Shown: piece by piece, positions 26,180 to 39,138 of the stretch
Layout: each line of letters starts with the position of its first letter
Numbering within the stretch: position 1 is the stretch's first letter
Origin: Octopus sinensis
Taxonomy: Eukaryota
DNA length: 64,000 bases
NCBI RefSeq assembly: GCF_006345805.1
Contig: NC_043006.1
Coordinates: 31,000,001 to 31,064,000 of the forward strand
Reading direction: 5' to 3'
The notes under the pieces: model-generated
Told to the model about the DNA's origin: nothing
Seen by the model: the letters and a program-made list of their open reading frames with translations, nothing else
Database searches by the model: none
Position numbers and translations under genes: made by a program

Positions 26180-26582
26180 CTCTCTTTTACTTGTTTCAGT
26201 CATTTGACTGCGGCCATGCTAGAGCACCGGCTTTAGTCGAGCAAATCGACCCCAGGACTTATTCTTTGGAAGCCTAGTACTTATTCTATCGGTCTCTTTT
26301 GCCGAACCGCTAAGTTACGGGGACGTAAACACACCAGCATCGGTTGTCAAGCGATGTTAGGTTGACAAACGCACACACACACACACACACACACACATTT
26401 ATACATATATACATATATACGACGGGCTTCTTTCAGTTTCCGTCTACCAAATCCACTCACAAGGCTTTGGTCGGCCCAAGGCTATAGTAGAAGACACTTG
26501 CCCAAGGTGCCCCGCAGTGGTACTGAACCTGGAACCATGCGGTTGGTAAGTAAGCTACTTAGCACACAGCCACTCCTGCACC
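26180..26582 (-). mobile_element. tRNA-derived bipartite SINE family B with CORE-like segment and internal (CA/TA)n; CpG-intact young copy
   Basis: Head gtggctgtgt..taagtagctt...ggttccaggttcag, then ggcaccttgggcaagtgtc (similar to MIR CORE). Copies near 9580, 15775, 18838, 21585, 63718 (+) and 10010, 15080, 26870, 29270 (-). Confidence 0.8.
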
Positions 26583-27825
26583 TATGTTAGGGTTAAAAGA
26601 TAAAGTTCCTTCCTGAGTCACATAGACTCACGAGGCTGGTTTCTCAGTTTCTGTGGCATATGTATTCCTCACCTGGATGGGATGCCAGCCTGTCGCAGGA
26701 TAACTCACATTTGCCAGTTGAGTGGACTGGAACAACAGGAAATGAAGAATCTTGCTCAAGAGCACAATACATTGCCCTATCCAGAAATGGAAATCACAAT
26801 CTTACAATCCTCAGTCCAACACCCTAACCACTAAGCCAAGTGCCTCCACATAAATTTTTTAAGCTTGGTACTTATTCTATCAGTCTCTTTTGCTAAACTG
26901 CTAAGTTACAGGGATGTAAAACACCGGTTGTCAAGCAGTGGTAGAGGAGTAAACACACACAAAAGTACACAGACACACACATAATAGGCTTCTTTCAGTT
27001 TCCATCTATCAATTCCACTCACAAGGCTTTGGTTGGCCCAAAGTTATAGAAGAAGACACTTGCCCAGTGTACTATGTAGTGGGACTGAACCTGGAACAAT
27101 GTGGTTGGGAAGCAAACTTCTTACCACACAGCCACACCTGTGCCTATAGTTATAGTTGCACTATTAATTATACATATAATGAGGACTCATCAAACCAAGT
27201 GCTGATGGCACGTAAAGAACATCTTTTGAATGTTGGGCCTCACAGAGGCAGAGTGGCTGAGTTCCTTTTGAGAGTTGAGCTTCATGGAGGCAATAGCTGA
27301 GACTTTTGGTATTATGTTGTGCTTGAGAAGACCCATCAAGCTGAGCAAAATTGCAGTCATGGCAGATACTGGTGTCACGCAAATTGGCACCTGTGTTGGT
27401 GGCACATAAATGCACCCTGGTGTCATGCAAATGGCACCTGTGCTGGAGGCACGTAAAAGCACCCATTACACTCTGTTAAGTGGATGGCATTAGGAAGGGC
27501 ATCCAGCTGTAGAAAACCATGTCAAATCAGACTGGAGTCAGGTGCAGCCTTCCAGCGTACAAGCCCAGTCAAACTGTCCAACATGGACAACAGATGTTAA
27601 ATGATGATGATGATGATGAATTATGTTGAAATAGTTGTATTATTATAATTATTCAATATATTATATAATTACGGTTGTTTTATATTAATTGTCCAATGTA
27701 TTTTATAATTATGGTTGTTATATAATTATGCAACATAATTGTATAGTTGTGTTATCATATTTAATTATCCAATGCATTCTATAATTATGACAGTTGTGTT
27801 GATTCCATTTTGGTTTGTCTTGCAG

Positions 27826-27903
27826 ATTGATGAGATTTGTCAGTGCTGGAATTGTTACTACATGTCAAACTCTAAACCTGCAAATTGGTTTTGTAAGCCA
27901 TGT
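27826..27903 (+). CDS. ZMYND11: ZMYND11 zinc-finger linker exon: IDEICQCWNCYYMSNSKPANWFCKPC
   Basis: ttgcag|att...tgt|gtaagt; 78 nt, phase 0/0; matches human [26 protein letters not shown]. Confidence 0.95.
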
Positions 27904-28387
27904 GTAAGTATCTCAATTACAGTCTCAGTGTTAATTTCCTCTCATTCCATTTTTTTTTTTTTCACTGGAAAGTTTGAACTTGATATTTTGTGTTTAGCAC
28001 TAAACACTCTTCAGCTATAGTTTTTCCCACTACATCCAGAAGTGAGCTCTGCCTCTCCTTTCCAAGAAAAGTTTGGTATTGCTGTCCCTCTTTGTACCAA
28101 AAAAGGTAGTTGATAATCACTGGTACTGGTACCTCATAGAAAGCACCCGGTACACTCTGTAAAGTGGTAGGCATTATGAAGAGCGTCCAGCCATAGAAAC
28201 TATTCCAGTACAGAAGATTGGAGCCTGATGTTGCTTTCCAGTTTATCAGATTCTTGTGAAACTGTCCAACCCATGCCAGCATGAAAAATGGATGTTAAAT
28301 TATGATGATGATGATTGACTGATCTTAACATTGTTGTTATATTTTCTAGACTTTATGAATAACTTTTGCTTTTCGCTGCTGTTTCAG

Positions 28388-28509
28388 AAACCACCCCATG
28401 AACTTGTTTACGCAAAACTGAAGGGCTTTAGCTACTGGCCTGCCAAAGTCATTCGGGTAACGGAAGATAGTAAACATGATGTCCGCTTTTTTGGGGGCTA
28501 CCATCAAAG
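28388..28509 (+). CDS. ZMYND11: ZMYND11 PWWP exon: [41 protein letters not shown]
   Basis: tttcag|aaa...ag|gtaaga; 122 nt, phase 0/2; aromatic-cage residues F, W, F (methyl-K36 reader) conserved. Confidence 0.96.
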
Positions 28510-29481
28510 GTAAGAATATTATTGTTGTTTAGGGTTGGTCCTAATGAAGCGGTAAACTTATATCCAAAGATATTCCAGTCATGACCACCTCATTTATTTT
28601 CCAACCTTATGATGGAAATATGATGCAGGTGGCACGTAAAAAGCACCCACTACACTCACGGAGTGGTTGGCGTTAGGAAGGGCATCCAGCTGTAGAAACA
28701 TTGCCAGATAAGACTGGAGCCTGGTGCAGCCTTCTGGCTTCCCAGATCCCCGGTCGAACCGTCCAACCCATGCTAGCATGGAGAACGGACGTTAAACGAT
28801 GATGATGATGATGATGATAGATTTTAGAGTACATCATTAACTTACATGTCCTTACTTTTTGAAGATGGTAGGGTGTGGTTGTTTACCATTTCTAAGCAAA
28901 TGGAGCAATTACATAGACCCTCCCCTTGTTGGTTTGAATGCAAAATGTTTCTGTTATACTTATTGGTTTATATTTATAACCATTTTCCCTCTAAAAAATC
29001 ATGGTGTGTGTGTGAGTGTGTATATATATATATATATATATATATGACTGTCTCCCATGGCAGTTGCACGTAAAAAGCACCCACTACACTCTGAGTAGTT
29101 GGCATTAGGAAGGGCATCCAGCTGTCGAAACCTTGTCAGATCAGAATGGAGCCTGGTGCTGCCTACTGGTCTGCCAGTCCTCAGTCAAACTGTCCAACCC
29201 ATGCCAGCATGGAAAGCGGACGTTAAACGACGACGACGATGATATAGATGTGTACACATACACATGTTTATTTTTTACTTGTTTCAGTTATTGGACTGTG
29301 GCCATGCTGGGGCAGAGTCTTGAAGAGTTTTAGTTGACGGAATCAATTCCAGTACTCATTTTTTCTTTTTGAAGCCTGGCACTTATTCTATCAATCCCCT
29401 TTTGCTGAACCGCTAATTTATGGGGACATAAACACACCAAACACTAGTTGTCAAGTGGTAGTGGTGGAGGAGAAATCTACA

Positions 29482-29522
<41 letters not shown>

Positions 29523-29979
29523 CAGGATTCTTTCAGTTTCCATTTACTGCATCACTCACAGTGCTTTGGTCAGCCCAAGGTAATAGCAGAAGACACTTGC
29601 CCAAGATGCCATGTAGTGGGATTGAAACTGGAACTATGTAGTTGGGCAGCAAACTTCTTACCTCACAGCCATGCCTGTGCCCATTTTATTTATTTATATA
29701 TATTTATGTGTGTGTATATTTATATATATGTGTTGCGTGTAAAAATATTTGGTGAATCACAAGACAACTGTTTCAAATCTTTGGCCTGAGTGGTACTATT
29801 TATTCTGTGACTGACTCTCAGAGTTGTGAAACATTTGCTGGTCTAAACATGTGGAGAATTGCTAATGGTGTTAAACCAGAACTGTCCAAGAAATTCCATA
29901 TAATCTGTGTATATATGAATGCGTGTAGCTACAAAACTATACTTCCATTTATTGACTTTTAATCTAATTTTGGTTGTAG

Positions 29980-30053
29980 GGCTCTCATCCCTCAAGAATA
30001 CATTAAACCAATTAGTGTGAATATTAAGACTGTGACATCCAAACGAACCCAAG
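29980..30053 (+). CDS. ZMYND11: ZMYND11 PWWP C-terminal exon: ALIPQEYIKPISVNIKTVTSKRTQ
   Basis: ttgtag|g gct...caa g|gtaagt; 74 nt, phase 2/1; resembles human [24 protein letters not shown]. Confidence 0.93.
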
Positions 30054-30068
30054 GTAAGTGTAGGAAAA

Positions 30069-30137
<69 letters not shown>

Positions 30138-30225
30138 TGCGTGGAGTGATGGAATAATCCAGTTACATCACTTACCTCTCTTCTAATGAGAAACTTTGTG
30201 CATTTGTGGTACTTCTTCATTGCAG

Positions 30226-30482
30226 GGTTTATAAAAGCTTGCGAGGAGCTGAAGCTACATCGCCAGTTGCTGGAGGAACAAGTTGATGAAAGCAGCAACA
30301 ACGGAGACAGTGAGATGGAAAACAATATGGAGGAAGATGATGAGGAAGAGGAGGATGAGGAGGAAGATGATGATGACGATGATGATGATGAAGATGAAGA
30401 AGCAGATGATGACACCGAGACTCGTGAGGTCACTTCAACTAGTGTGGCTCCCCCTAAAAATACATCCAAGCTGAAAACAAAG
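30226..30482 (+). CDS. ZMYND11: ZMYND11 exon: GFIKACEELKLHRQLL followed by a long acidic tract
   Basis: ttgcag|gg ttt...aag|gtaatg; 257 nt, phase 1/0; resembles human GWKKACDELELHQRFL. Confidence 0.93.
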
Positions 30483-30950
30483 GTAATGTATATGAAATTT
30501 TGCTGCATAATTGATAATTTTAATTTAATTAGGAGATAATTAAAGAAGTATATTATATACCCTGCTGGTATACTGGTTATATCCTTTAAAGTATTATTTC
30601 ATGATGTGCAAATAGATATCACGAGTTTACCTTCAGATATATTATTCATGAGGTTATTTTTTTGTATTATCTGAAATAGAATACCCGCATATCTATTAAT
30701 CTCCCCAAACTGAATTATTATTGATTTCTATCATATATTTTGTATATTTCTAGAAATATATGATAATCAAGACCCCACTGCATGATATGCAGATGCACGT
30801 AATGTTAAAGGGTTGTACCTGATTGATTTGGAAATTTGTTTTTCTCAAATTTAATAAAGTAATATATCTATCTATCTATCTATCTATCTATATATATATA
30901 TATATATATTATAAGGTATTTACATACATACATGTATATATTTTCTTTAA

Positions 30951-31171
30951 CCCTTTAGCATTTAAACTGGCCATATTCGGCCAAAAGTATTCTGCCTGTT
31001 TTATGTTCAAAATGGCCAGATCTGGTCTTTCACACCAACCCTACAAAATCGTTTTAAAAATTAACAGCTACCTCATCAAAATCTCATAACTACAAGATAA
31101 TGTATGATTAGTTCAAAACAATATGGATAAAAAAGTATTAATTTTGGCAGAATAATGCGAACACTACAGGG
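30951..31171. mobile_element. piggyBac-type MITE, 221 bp
   Basis: TTAA|ccctttag...ctacaggg|TTAA; a same-length copy lies at 34154-34374 (TTAA|ccattta...taaatgg|TTAA), an inverted copy at 51770-51974 (12-bp perfect TIR), partial copies near 18680 and 60315. Confidence 0.8.
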
Positions 31172-32536
31172 TTAAAAGCAATATAAGGTATGAACTAATC
31201 ACGAGTAGACAAAGTACTGAACTACCATCTCAATATCATGAGTTGGAATCCAACTGCAGACATTTTATTGCAACTCTGCAGGGAACATTTTATTGAACAG
31301 GCCACAATTCATTTAGTTGTCAAAAAAAAAAAAAAAAAAAGTGGACAGTAGTGAAATTCCGGAAAGTTGCCTGTAGACTTTAAACAATTGGCTTAAGAAC
31401 TGACCAAAATGAAGGTTTCAATTTCAGAAAGAATCAATGTAAAAACATGTTGAGAATGAAGTCTAATTCTCTAATTGTAAACTGTGGTAATGCGTGTATT
31501 GTTTAGTCTGTCCTGTAGATAATGGAGCTGTTGGATAAAGTATGCAGGAAGAATGAAATTGGGAAAAATTGATTTGGAGTCTGAAGAATTAGACAAGTTC
31601 ATTAAACAGTGACAAGGGAATGAAAGATGGCTTGTTGTGCTTGATGTGGGATTTGGTGAATGGAGGGTGGTGGATGGGAATCTTGACTGAAACTAAGAGC
31701 AGGTGGGGTAGCTTATAGTGGGAGAATAAAAACATAGTTTTAATGTAAAAATGAGTCAAGAATTGAAAATTTTCAGCAAAAGAAAAAAAAAAAAAAATGA
31801 CAACAACGACAAGGATTCTGAGATTGGTACTTGGGTGTGAAACATTGTGGAATGAGACCTTTGACAACAGGTTGTTGTCTGCTCTTACAGAATTAGCCAG
31901 ATTAAGTGAAATCAAGAGCTTGAAGAGTGAAAAGGAAACTGTAATGATACCTTTCGAATAATGATAATTTTCTTTATTGGTGCAAAAGCCACAGAAACAT
32001 TTAAGGTAATACAAGGACAAATGATGGGCGGGAGGTGCCAGGAAACATGCAAGCAATAATAATTTACAAAAAAAATCTTAAGAACCAAAATCTTCAATAA
32101 GGGTAAAATGCCACCCAGGGCAGCCAAGGAACCCCACAGATCCTAAGCCACCCCATTCACTGGGAATACCATGGCAAATGCTCCTCTGTCTTTGTATTCC
32201 CAGCTTAGAGTAGGCCTACTCACTCAGGGCCTTCATCACCACATTCACTTATTTCAACAAACTCACTGGAGTGAGGGTGGGGGTCAGCACATCCCTCTTA
32301 AGCCCTAGTTTCCTTTTCAAATCAAAGTTATTATAATAATAATAACGGTTTCAAATTTTGGTACAAGGCCAGCAATTTCGTGGAGGGAGTAAATTGATTA
32401 CATTGACCCCATTGCTCAACTGGTCCTTAATTTATTGGCCCTGAAAGGATGAAAGACAAAGTTGACCTTGGCAGAGTTTGAGCTCAGAATGTAAAGACAG
32501 ATGAAATTCACTATGCATATGTTTGTTTGTATGTAT

Positions 32537-32573
<37 letters not shown>

Positions 32574-32650
32574 TGACCCATGCCAGCATGGAAGACATGT
32601 TAAATGATGACGATGATGATGATCATTTCATAGTTTTACTCTTCTTGCAG

Positions 32651-32773
32651 ATCCTGACACCAGAAAATGTGAATGTTGTCTCTTCAAGTGTAGATAAAAT
32701 ATCAACAAGCCCCGCACCACGTTCTTCAAAGGTTGCCTATAAGCATACTGCTAGTCAAGCAACTCCATCCACG
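32651..32773 (+). CDS. ZMYND11: ZMYND11 Ser/Thr/Pro-rich linker exon: ILTPENVNVVSSSVDKISTSPAPRSSKVAYKHTASQATPST
   Basis: cttcttgcag|atc...acg|gtgagt; 123 nt, phase 0/0, open frame. Confidence 0.85.
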
Positions 32774-33667
32774 GTGAGTAACAGTGTTTTCATTCATCAT
32801 CATCAGCATCATCGTCACTGCTGCCATCAGCATCATCGTCACTGCTGCCATCATCATCAGCACCCTCCTCCTCATCATCATTATCATCACACCCACTTTC
32901 TATGCTTGAGATGCATGGAATGGTTTTTACTAACAGGTTCTAATTTCATTACTAACAGCAGCAGAATAATGCAGTAGATAGAAGAGTGATGGAGGGATTG
33001 AGTGGTAAGGAGATGAAGGGTGGGGATGCTTTATTTTTTTCTCATTCACTTATATTTATATATCCTTAAACACCAGGTTTTTCACTTATGTATTATAAAC
33101 AAGGAAAGAGTTGCTGCTGGCTAAATTGATGGTTGCTATCCCTTTTCAATCTCTACATTATTTGGCTATTCCTTATCAGCCTTGTTTTCCAACTCATAAA
33201 TAGGAACTATGTAGAAGTTTAGCAGCAGTACAAGACAAGTACTCAGCTGGCTTTTAATACTGAGTCAAATGTTAGCAGCTGTACAATAGCCATGTTGCAA
33301 AGCTCATACTGACACAATTATCCCATTTGTTACATTTCCCTGAATTAGATAAATATTAATTGGTTGATTAAATTGGCTGAGAACTGAGACAGATACTTTG
33401 TTATCTAAATTAGTTCTGTCTTCATATCTTACCATTCTACCAGCGTTGAGGTTATTTTGCATTTTATCAGTATTCATGCAGGACCCTCTTTTTGAGCAGA
33501 AATTTTTCTTTAAACGGACAAATGATTCACTCTTTTTACAACATTCAGGCTCTTGCGTTGTCAGAAGAAATTCATCATTATATGTTTCACCAGCCCACTT
33601 ATGGGTAGCCTTCATTCATTGGAGAATAAACTTTGCTTGCAAAGACCTGTTGAGGTAAGTGTAATCA

Positions 33668-34143
33668 AAAGCACTGATGTGGCCGATGACAGTACCGCCT
33701 TATTGGCACTTGTGCCAGTGGAACAATAAAAGCACCATCTGGGCGTGATGTTACTAGGGCTGCTGACTGGCTCCCATGCCGGTGGCGTGTAAAAAGCACC
33801 ATTCAAGCGTGATCATTGCCAGTGTCGCCTCACTGGCATGTGAAAAACAACATTTGAACATGCTTGTTGCCAGTGCTGCCTGACTGGCTCCTGTGAAAGT
33901 GGCACATAAAAAACACCTTTTGAGCATGGTCGTTGCTAGTACCACCTGACTGGCCTTCGTGCCAGTGGCACATAAAAGAACCCACTACACTCTCGGAGTA
34001 GTTGGCATTTGGAAGGGCATCCAGCAGTAGAAACCTTGCCAAATCAGATTGGAGCCTGGTGCAGCCTCCTGACTCACCAGTCCTCAGTCAAACCATCCAA
34101 CCCATGCCAGCATTGAAAGTGGACGACGATGATGATGATGATG
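33668..34143 (+). mobile_element. RTE-tail repeat with about 4-5 diverged 5' modules
   Basis: Repeated tggcac/gtaaaaagcacc modules then the shared tail. Other copies near 14350, 16430, 20745, 21010, 22050, 23200, 27370, 28130, 28625, 29060 (+) and 38970, 58065, 58600, 61110 (-). Confidence 0.8.
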
Positions 34144-37100
34144 AACCCCTTAACCATTTAGCATTTAAACTGGCCATACCTAGCCGAAATATTCAATGTG
34201 TTTTATGTTCAAATAGGCCATATTTTGCTTCTCACACCTACCCTGCAGTGTCATTCAAAAAATAAACAATCCCTTCATCAAAATCTCAAAGTGACAAGAT
34301 AATGTTTGATTAATTCAAAACAATTTGAATAAATCAAGCCTAAGATTTGACAGAGTAATCTGCATGTTAAATGGTTAAGTTGCTCCATCTGGATAAGCAC
34401 TTTTCAGTTTTTGGTTGTTTGCTCCAAAGTATAAACCAGGAATGAAAATAATAATGCTGGAATCTTAGCAGAATATACAGAAGAGGATACTATTGTCAAT
34501 GTTGCAAGATTTGGAGTAGTAAGATAACTTGAGGTGTGGAGTACCATGTTAACCTTGCAAAAAACTAATATCAGATTGAGTCAAGAGGGAGCCTTTGTGT
34601 GTTCATTAAACTTAGTAGAAATGACAGTCTGTATAAAAAATCAATGGGAAGACATACTGGGTAATATATTCTTTACTATTCCTAAGCACAAGACCTGAAA
34701 TTTTGGGGGAAGGTGCCAGTGGATTAGATCAACCCCAGTATGCAACTGGTTCTTAATTTATCGACCCCGAAAGGATGGAAGGCAAAGTTGACCTCAGTGG
34801 AATTTGAACTCAGAACGTAAAGACAGACGAAATACCACTAAGCATTTCACCCAGTGTGCTAACGTTTCTGCCAGCACACCGTCTTACATTGGGTAATATA
34901 GATGTACCATGTCTAGAAAAATAAGACATGATGGCCATGGTTGGAAGTCCCTTGATTATAAATCTACTGTTCATGGCTGACCTGGTGATTAAACATTAAC
35001 ATCAATACCAACTAATATAAAACTGATATTTTTTTTTATGACGGAAGAGAGAGAAAGGGAGTGAAACCAATGTGTTTGTGTAATTTCACACACAGAACCA
35101 GCTTTTATCCTCTTATGGTTCATCTACCTTTAACCAGTTACTGCCACTAGAAATCTCAGAATTTTATTGCCAAATGTCAGATTACTTAAATATTTCTGTG
35201 GGTTGCTGTTATAAGATTGAATTTTCACACTTGAGATAAATATGGGAGAAATCCTATATATTATAAACAAGAAACGTACCTCTGTCTGTCTGTCTGTCAC
35301 AACATTTATAAGAGGGAGGAATCAAGATATATATCACATTATTAGAAGGGGAGGAGAAAAAGTTGCTGGATGAGACAGTGAGAGAGAGTGTGTGTAAAAT
35401 AGATAGGTGGTGTTGTCACCATAGTAACCAACAAGTTTTGATTTAAAATATGGGAATTTTAATTGGAAATCTGTCAACAACACAACATAGACTCCAAAAA
35501 ATGGCTATACGTATACATATAGTTATTTTTGTTTCTTGGTCGTTTGTTTCTGGGGCTGTTTCTGTGTCTCTCAACATGTAGACAATCTAACACAAACTTC
35601 AAAAAAAGACTTTCACTGTGATCAATTTATGAAGGTATGTACATGATTAACAAATATTTTTACTGGCAGCATAGCAACAGGCAATGACCTAGTAAATAGA
35701 AAATACAGGAGAAATAAATATAAAAGTTCATAAGTTTTTAAGGGAGTTAACTCTGTAAAGCAGCAAATTCGTAAAAAACAAAAAAAAGTGTATTCAATTT
35801 TTTTCGGTATAATTTGGACATTTTATTCTTCTGACGCCCCTAAAAAGCCCCAAAACGAGAGTGAATGAGTTACTACAAAAAGAAAAAGGAAAAAAGAAAA
35901 CATTATCCGAAAATAAAAATATGTTAATAAAAGGGTTGAATATTTTGGTTACAGGTATAATGAAACACCTATTACTCCATCATCTTTCATTATTACATTT
36001 AACACTCACCTCAGTTAATATACCCTTTCTTAATGAATGTCATTAATACGATATATTATAACCTAGTTAAAAGATTTCTGTCAGGGCACTAATAAATGTG
36101 AAGTCAGAATATCCATTTCACAGATAATTATTAATCTTATCTGTAAGAGTTGACCTTGATTATTTGCTTAGTCATAATTATCCAACAAACCATTCCGTAT
36201 TGGGATTTTTAGGTTTAGACAACACAAACATATTCTCTCAAGATTTTCTTTTAGCTTAGTGATATTGTTTGATTGGATAATGTAGAATTTTTCCTCATGA
36301 CATTGTCATATAGATATATAGAGAGGGACAGGTCGAGGGTGTTAGAATGCAAGTGCATGCATGCACACACACACATTGTTAAAACTTTCCTACCCTTAAT
36401 AAGCGTTTTCCTAACAACTGATAAAGAACAGAAACAACCTTAAACTAAGTTACAGTTGTACTCTCAAAATGAAAAACTTAATAGCATATTTAAGCAATCA
36501 CGTAACACTTAAGGGATTATATGTGGTAGAAGTTAGTTTCATAAAACCAGACTTGATACTTTAGATCTAGTTTTTCCTTCAGAATATAGTAAAAAGAAAT
36601 ACCATCAAATTATCCACATATGTTTGTTGTTTGAAAGAACATGCTACGTATTTCAACACTATGTCGAAGATCTTCAAGATGTACAGATTGTATAGAAATG
36701 GGACAAAACTTGCAGCTTATACAGAGCCGAGAAGATTCTCATATTCAAAACTTTAACAAATGCATCAGCTGTCTAAACGTCAGATCAGAAATCTTAATGA
36801 ATGCTATCATTTGAAGGTCACATCACTGCTTGAATAAAGAGGCAAATCATTAAATATTTACTTGGAACAATAAACATTTTCTCTTTATTTTCCTCTTCCA
36901 TTGTATTCCTCTCATCAACACTCCTTATCTCACAATACTTTATAACAAGAGACTCTTCGATATTTTTAACATTTTGTCTTTCCATATTCATTTCTATATT
37001 GCAGAAGGGATCAATATTTATCTGTTTACAAGAAACAGTCACTCTTTTTTCTCTTCCATTTTGATCTGCCAAAAGATACTTTTGATCTCACTACATCTTA

Positions 37101-37251
37101 TAACTCTTTCATGATTTATATTCTATCTCTAACTTTTCGTTTTCATATAACAAGCATGTTACTTTGTAAAGCTTAAAGTGGTTTTCCACTTTCGTCTTCC
37201 TTCTTTTTACTGAATCTTTTGAGAACTGTCTTTGGTTAGAAAGCACTGCAC

Positions 37252-37707
37252 TTACATTATTTACATTTGACGGATATTTGTCCTCATCTTGTTTGTTGTT
37301 AACACAACGTTTCAGTTGGTATACCCTCCAGCCTTCATCAGGTGTCTTGGGGAAATTTCGAACCTGGGTTCTTATTCCTATGGTATTTTTCGATGTTATT
37401 ATTATTATTATTATCATCATTATTAATATTCGGGTCACTACCTGGAATCTTGTGGTTAGTAGCCTGTGCCCTTAACCACTACACTGTATGCCCTAACTAC
37501 TAACCTCAAGATTCCAAGTTTGATTCCAGGCAGTGACCTGAATAATAATAATAACATTGACAAATACCTTAGGAATGAGAACCCAGGTTCGAAATTTCCC
37601 CAAGACACCTGATGAAGGCTGGAGGGTATATCAGCCGAAACGTGTTAACAACAAACAAGATGAGGACAAATATCTAATTCCTCACCTTTTAAATATAGAA
37701 CTGTAGC
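37252..37707. mobile_element. Second non-autonomous fold-back copy of the PLE 3' unit
   Basis: 37252-37493 is an inverted copy of 37494-37707; the left arm starts exactly at the tRNA-like 5' end (gggcatac on -); 3' terminus ...aaatatagaactgtagc is shared with the 53758 end. Confidence 0.85.
37301..37346 (-). ncRNA. Hammerhead copy with intact core and weakened stem II
   Basis: On -: gacac CTGATGA a ggctgg agggtata ccaact GAAAC GTT gtgtt. Confidence 0.65.
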
Positions 37708-38356
37708 AATGCACTTGCTTGGTAAAAACTTTCATGCTATTCTCAGCATCATGACAGATAAACATTGTAGTTGTTATTTCTAAAAGAATTCCAGGAAAAC
37801 TCCCCTGGTTTATAATGTTAAAAAGGTAAGAGTGAATAGCATGAAAATGCCGTGTGGAAGGGAGATAATCCTGGTATGAGTAAGCTGAATGAATTCATTT
37901 CTGATGCAACTGTTTCCGAGTTGCATATCTATTTGTAGGTGTATACTTACACACATACACAATATATCTATGTGTGTGTGTGTGTGTGTGTATATATATG
38001 TATAAGAGATGTAACGAAGTTGGACCAAAATACCATAAGGTTCTATTTGTGGCACTGATTTTTTTTCCCTCTCTTTCCTGTGACAGGCTTCTCGACAGTT
38101 TCCACATGCTAACTTCAGGCATAGGGCTTTGCCCACAGTGACAGTTACTGGAATTTGACTGTGACCCACATGTTTATGAAGCAACCTTCCTAACTCTGTT
38201 TATCTGTGTGTATAACTATGAATGTGTGATGGGTATTCTAAAACTACAAGCATTAATTGTGTGTGTCAGTATGTATGGCTGTGAGAGCAGGCTTTTAAAC
38301 TTGGTTTCTATGGAAACAGCTGTTTTTATCCTAAGTTTCTCTCCTGGATGTTGCAG

Positions 38357-38503
38357 GTTAATAAATTTGTACAGAGTGATACCAGTAAGAAAAGTTGCAA
38401 CTGTCAAGATGAATTGTCTAATTTGTTAGATGACTTCAAGAGAAAAACTGAAACTGAACACAAGAAAGAGATTGAGCAAGCAGAGAAAAGAGTGTCTGAT
38501 CGG
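38357..38503 (+). CDS. ZMYND11: ZMYND11 coiled-coil exon: VNKFVQSDTSKKSCNCQDELSNLLDDFKRKTETEHKKEIEQAEKRVSDR
   Basis: ttgcag|gtt...cgg|gtaatt; 147 nt, phase 0/0; resembles human [26 protein letters not shown]. Confidence 0.9.
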
Positions 38504-38933
38504 GTAATTGTTTATATATGTGTATATATTGATTTTGATACATTTTCGCGATTTATCTCTTTTTGGAGAATATATTTGACCTAAATTAAATGTTTAAGCA
38601 AGGACATTTGTCTTTGTGTTATGGTAAGAGCTTGTAATGACAAGTAATGAAATGAGTCTTCTATAAAATTATATAGTTTTGTAGAAAACATTTCAAAGAC
38701 ATTCTACATGGACCAGCAGCTCTTTCTAAAGTACATGTAAGAAGAATGGCGTGGCTATATTCACTGTAGTCACTCATTCTTCTAGGAATAGAAATCATGT
38801 TCTACTTTCTTTAAAACCATCTTGTTTCATGTTCAATCCCACTGCACAGATTCTTGGACTAATGTCTTTTGAGTGCCTTAAGCCACCCAAAGCCTTTTTC
38901 AGTAGATTTGGTAGACAAAACTGGAAGAAGACC

Positions 38934-38972
<39 letters not shown>

Positions 38973-39015
38973 TCATCATCATCATCGTCGTTTAACGTCC
39001 GTTCTCCATGCTAGC

Positions 39016-39138
39016 ATGGGTTGGACGGTTCGACCGGGGTTCTGGGAAGCCAGAAGGCTGCACCAGGCTCCAGTCTAATTTGGCAAGGAGCCTGGTGCAG
39101 CCTTCTGGCTTCCCAGAACCCCGGTCGAACCGTCCAAC

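Noticed and set aside
29843-30508. 221-aa minus-strand ORF, the longest in the track
   Set aside because: Antisense shadow of the acidic-tract exon and the (GA)n repeat
36818-37250. Protein-like minus-strand ORF (MADQNGREKRV...)
   Set aside because: No recognisable motif and interrupted by stops in adjacent sequence; probably decayed TE coding sequence that I cannot assign
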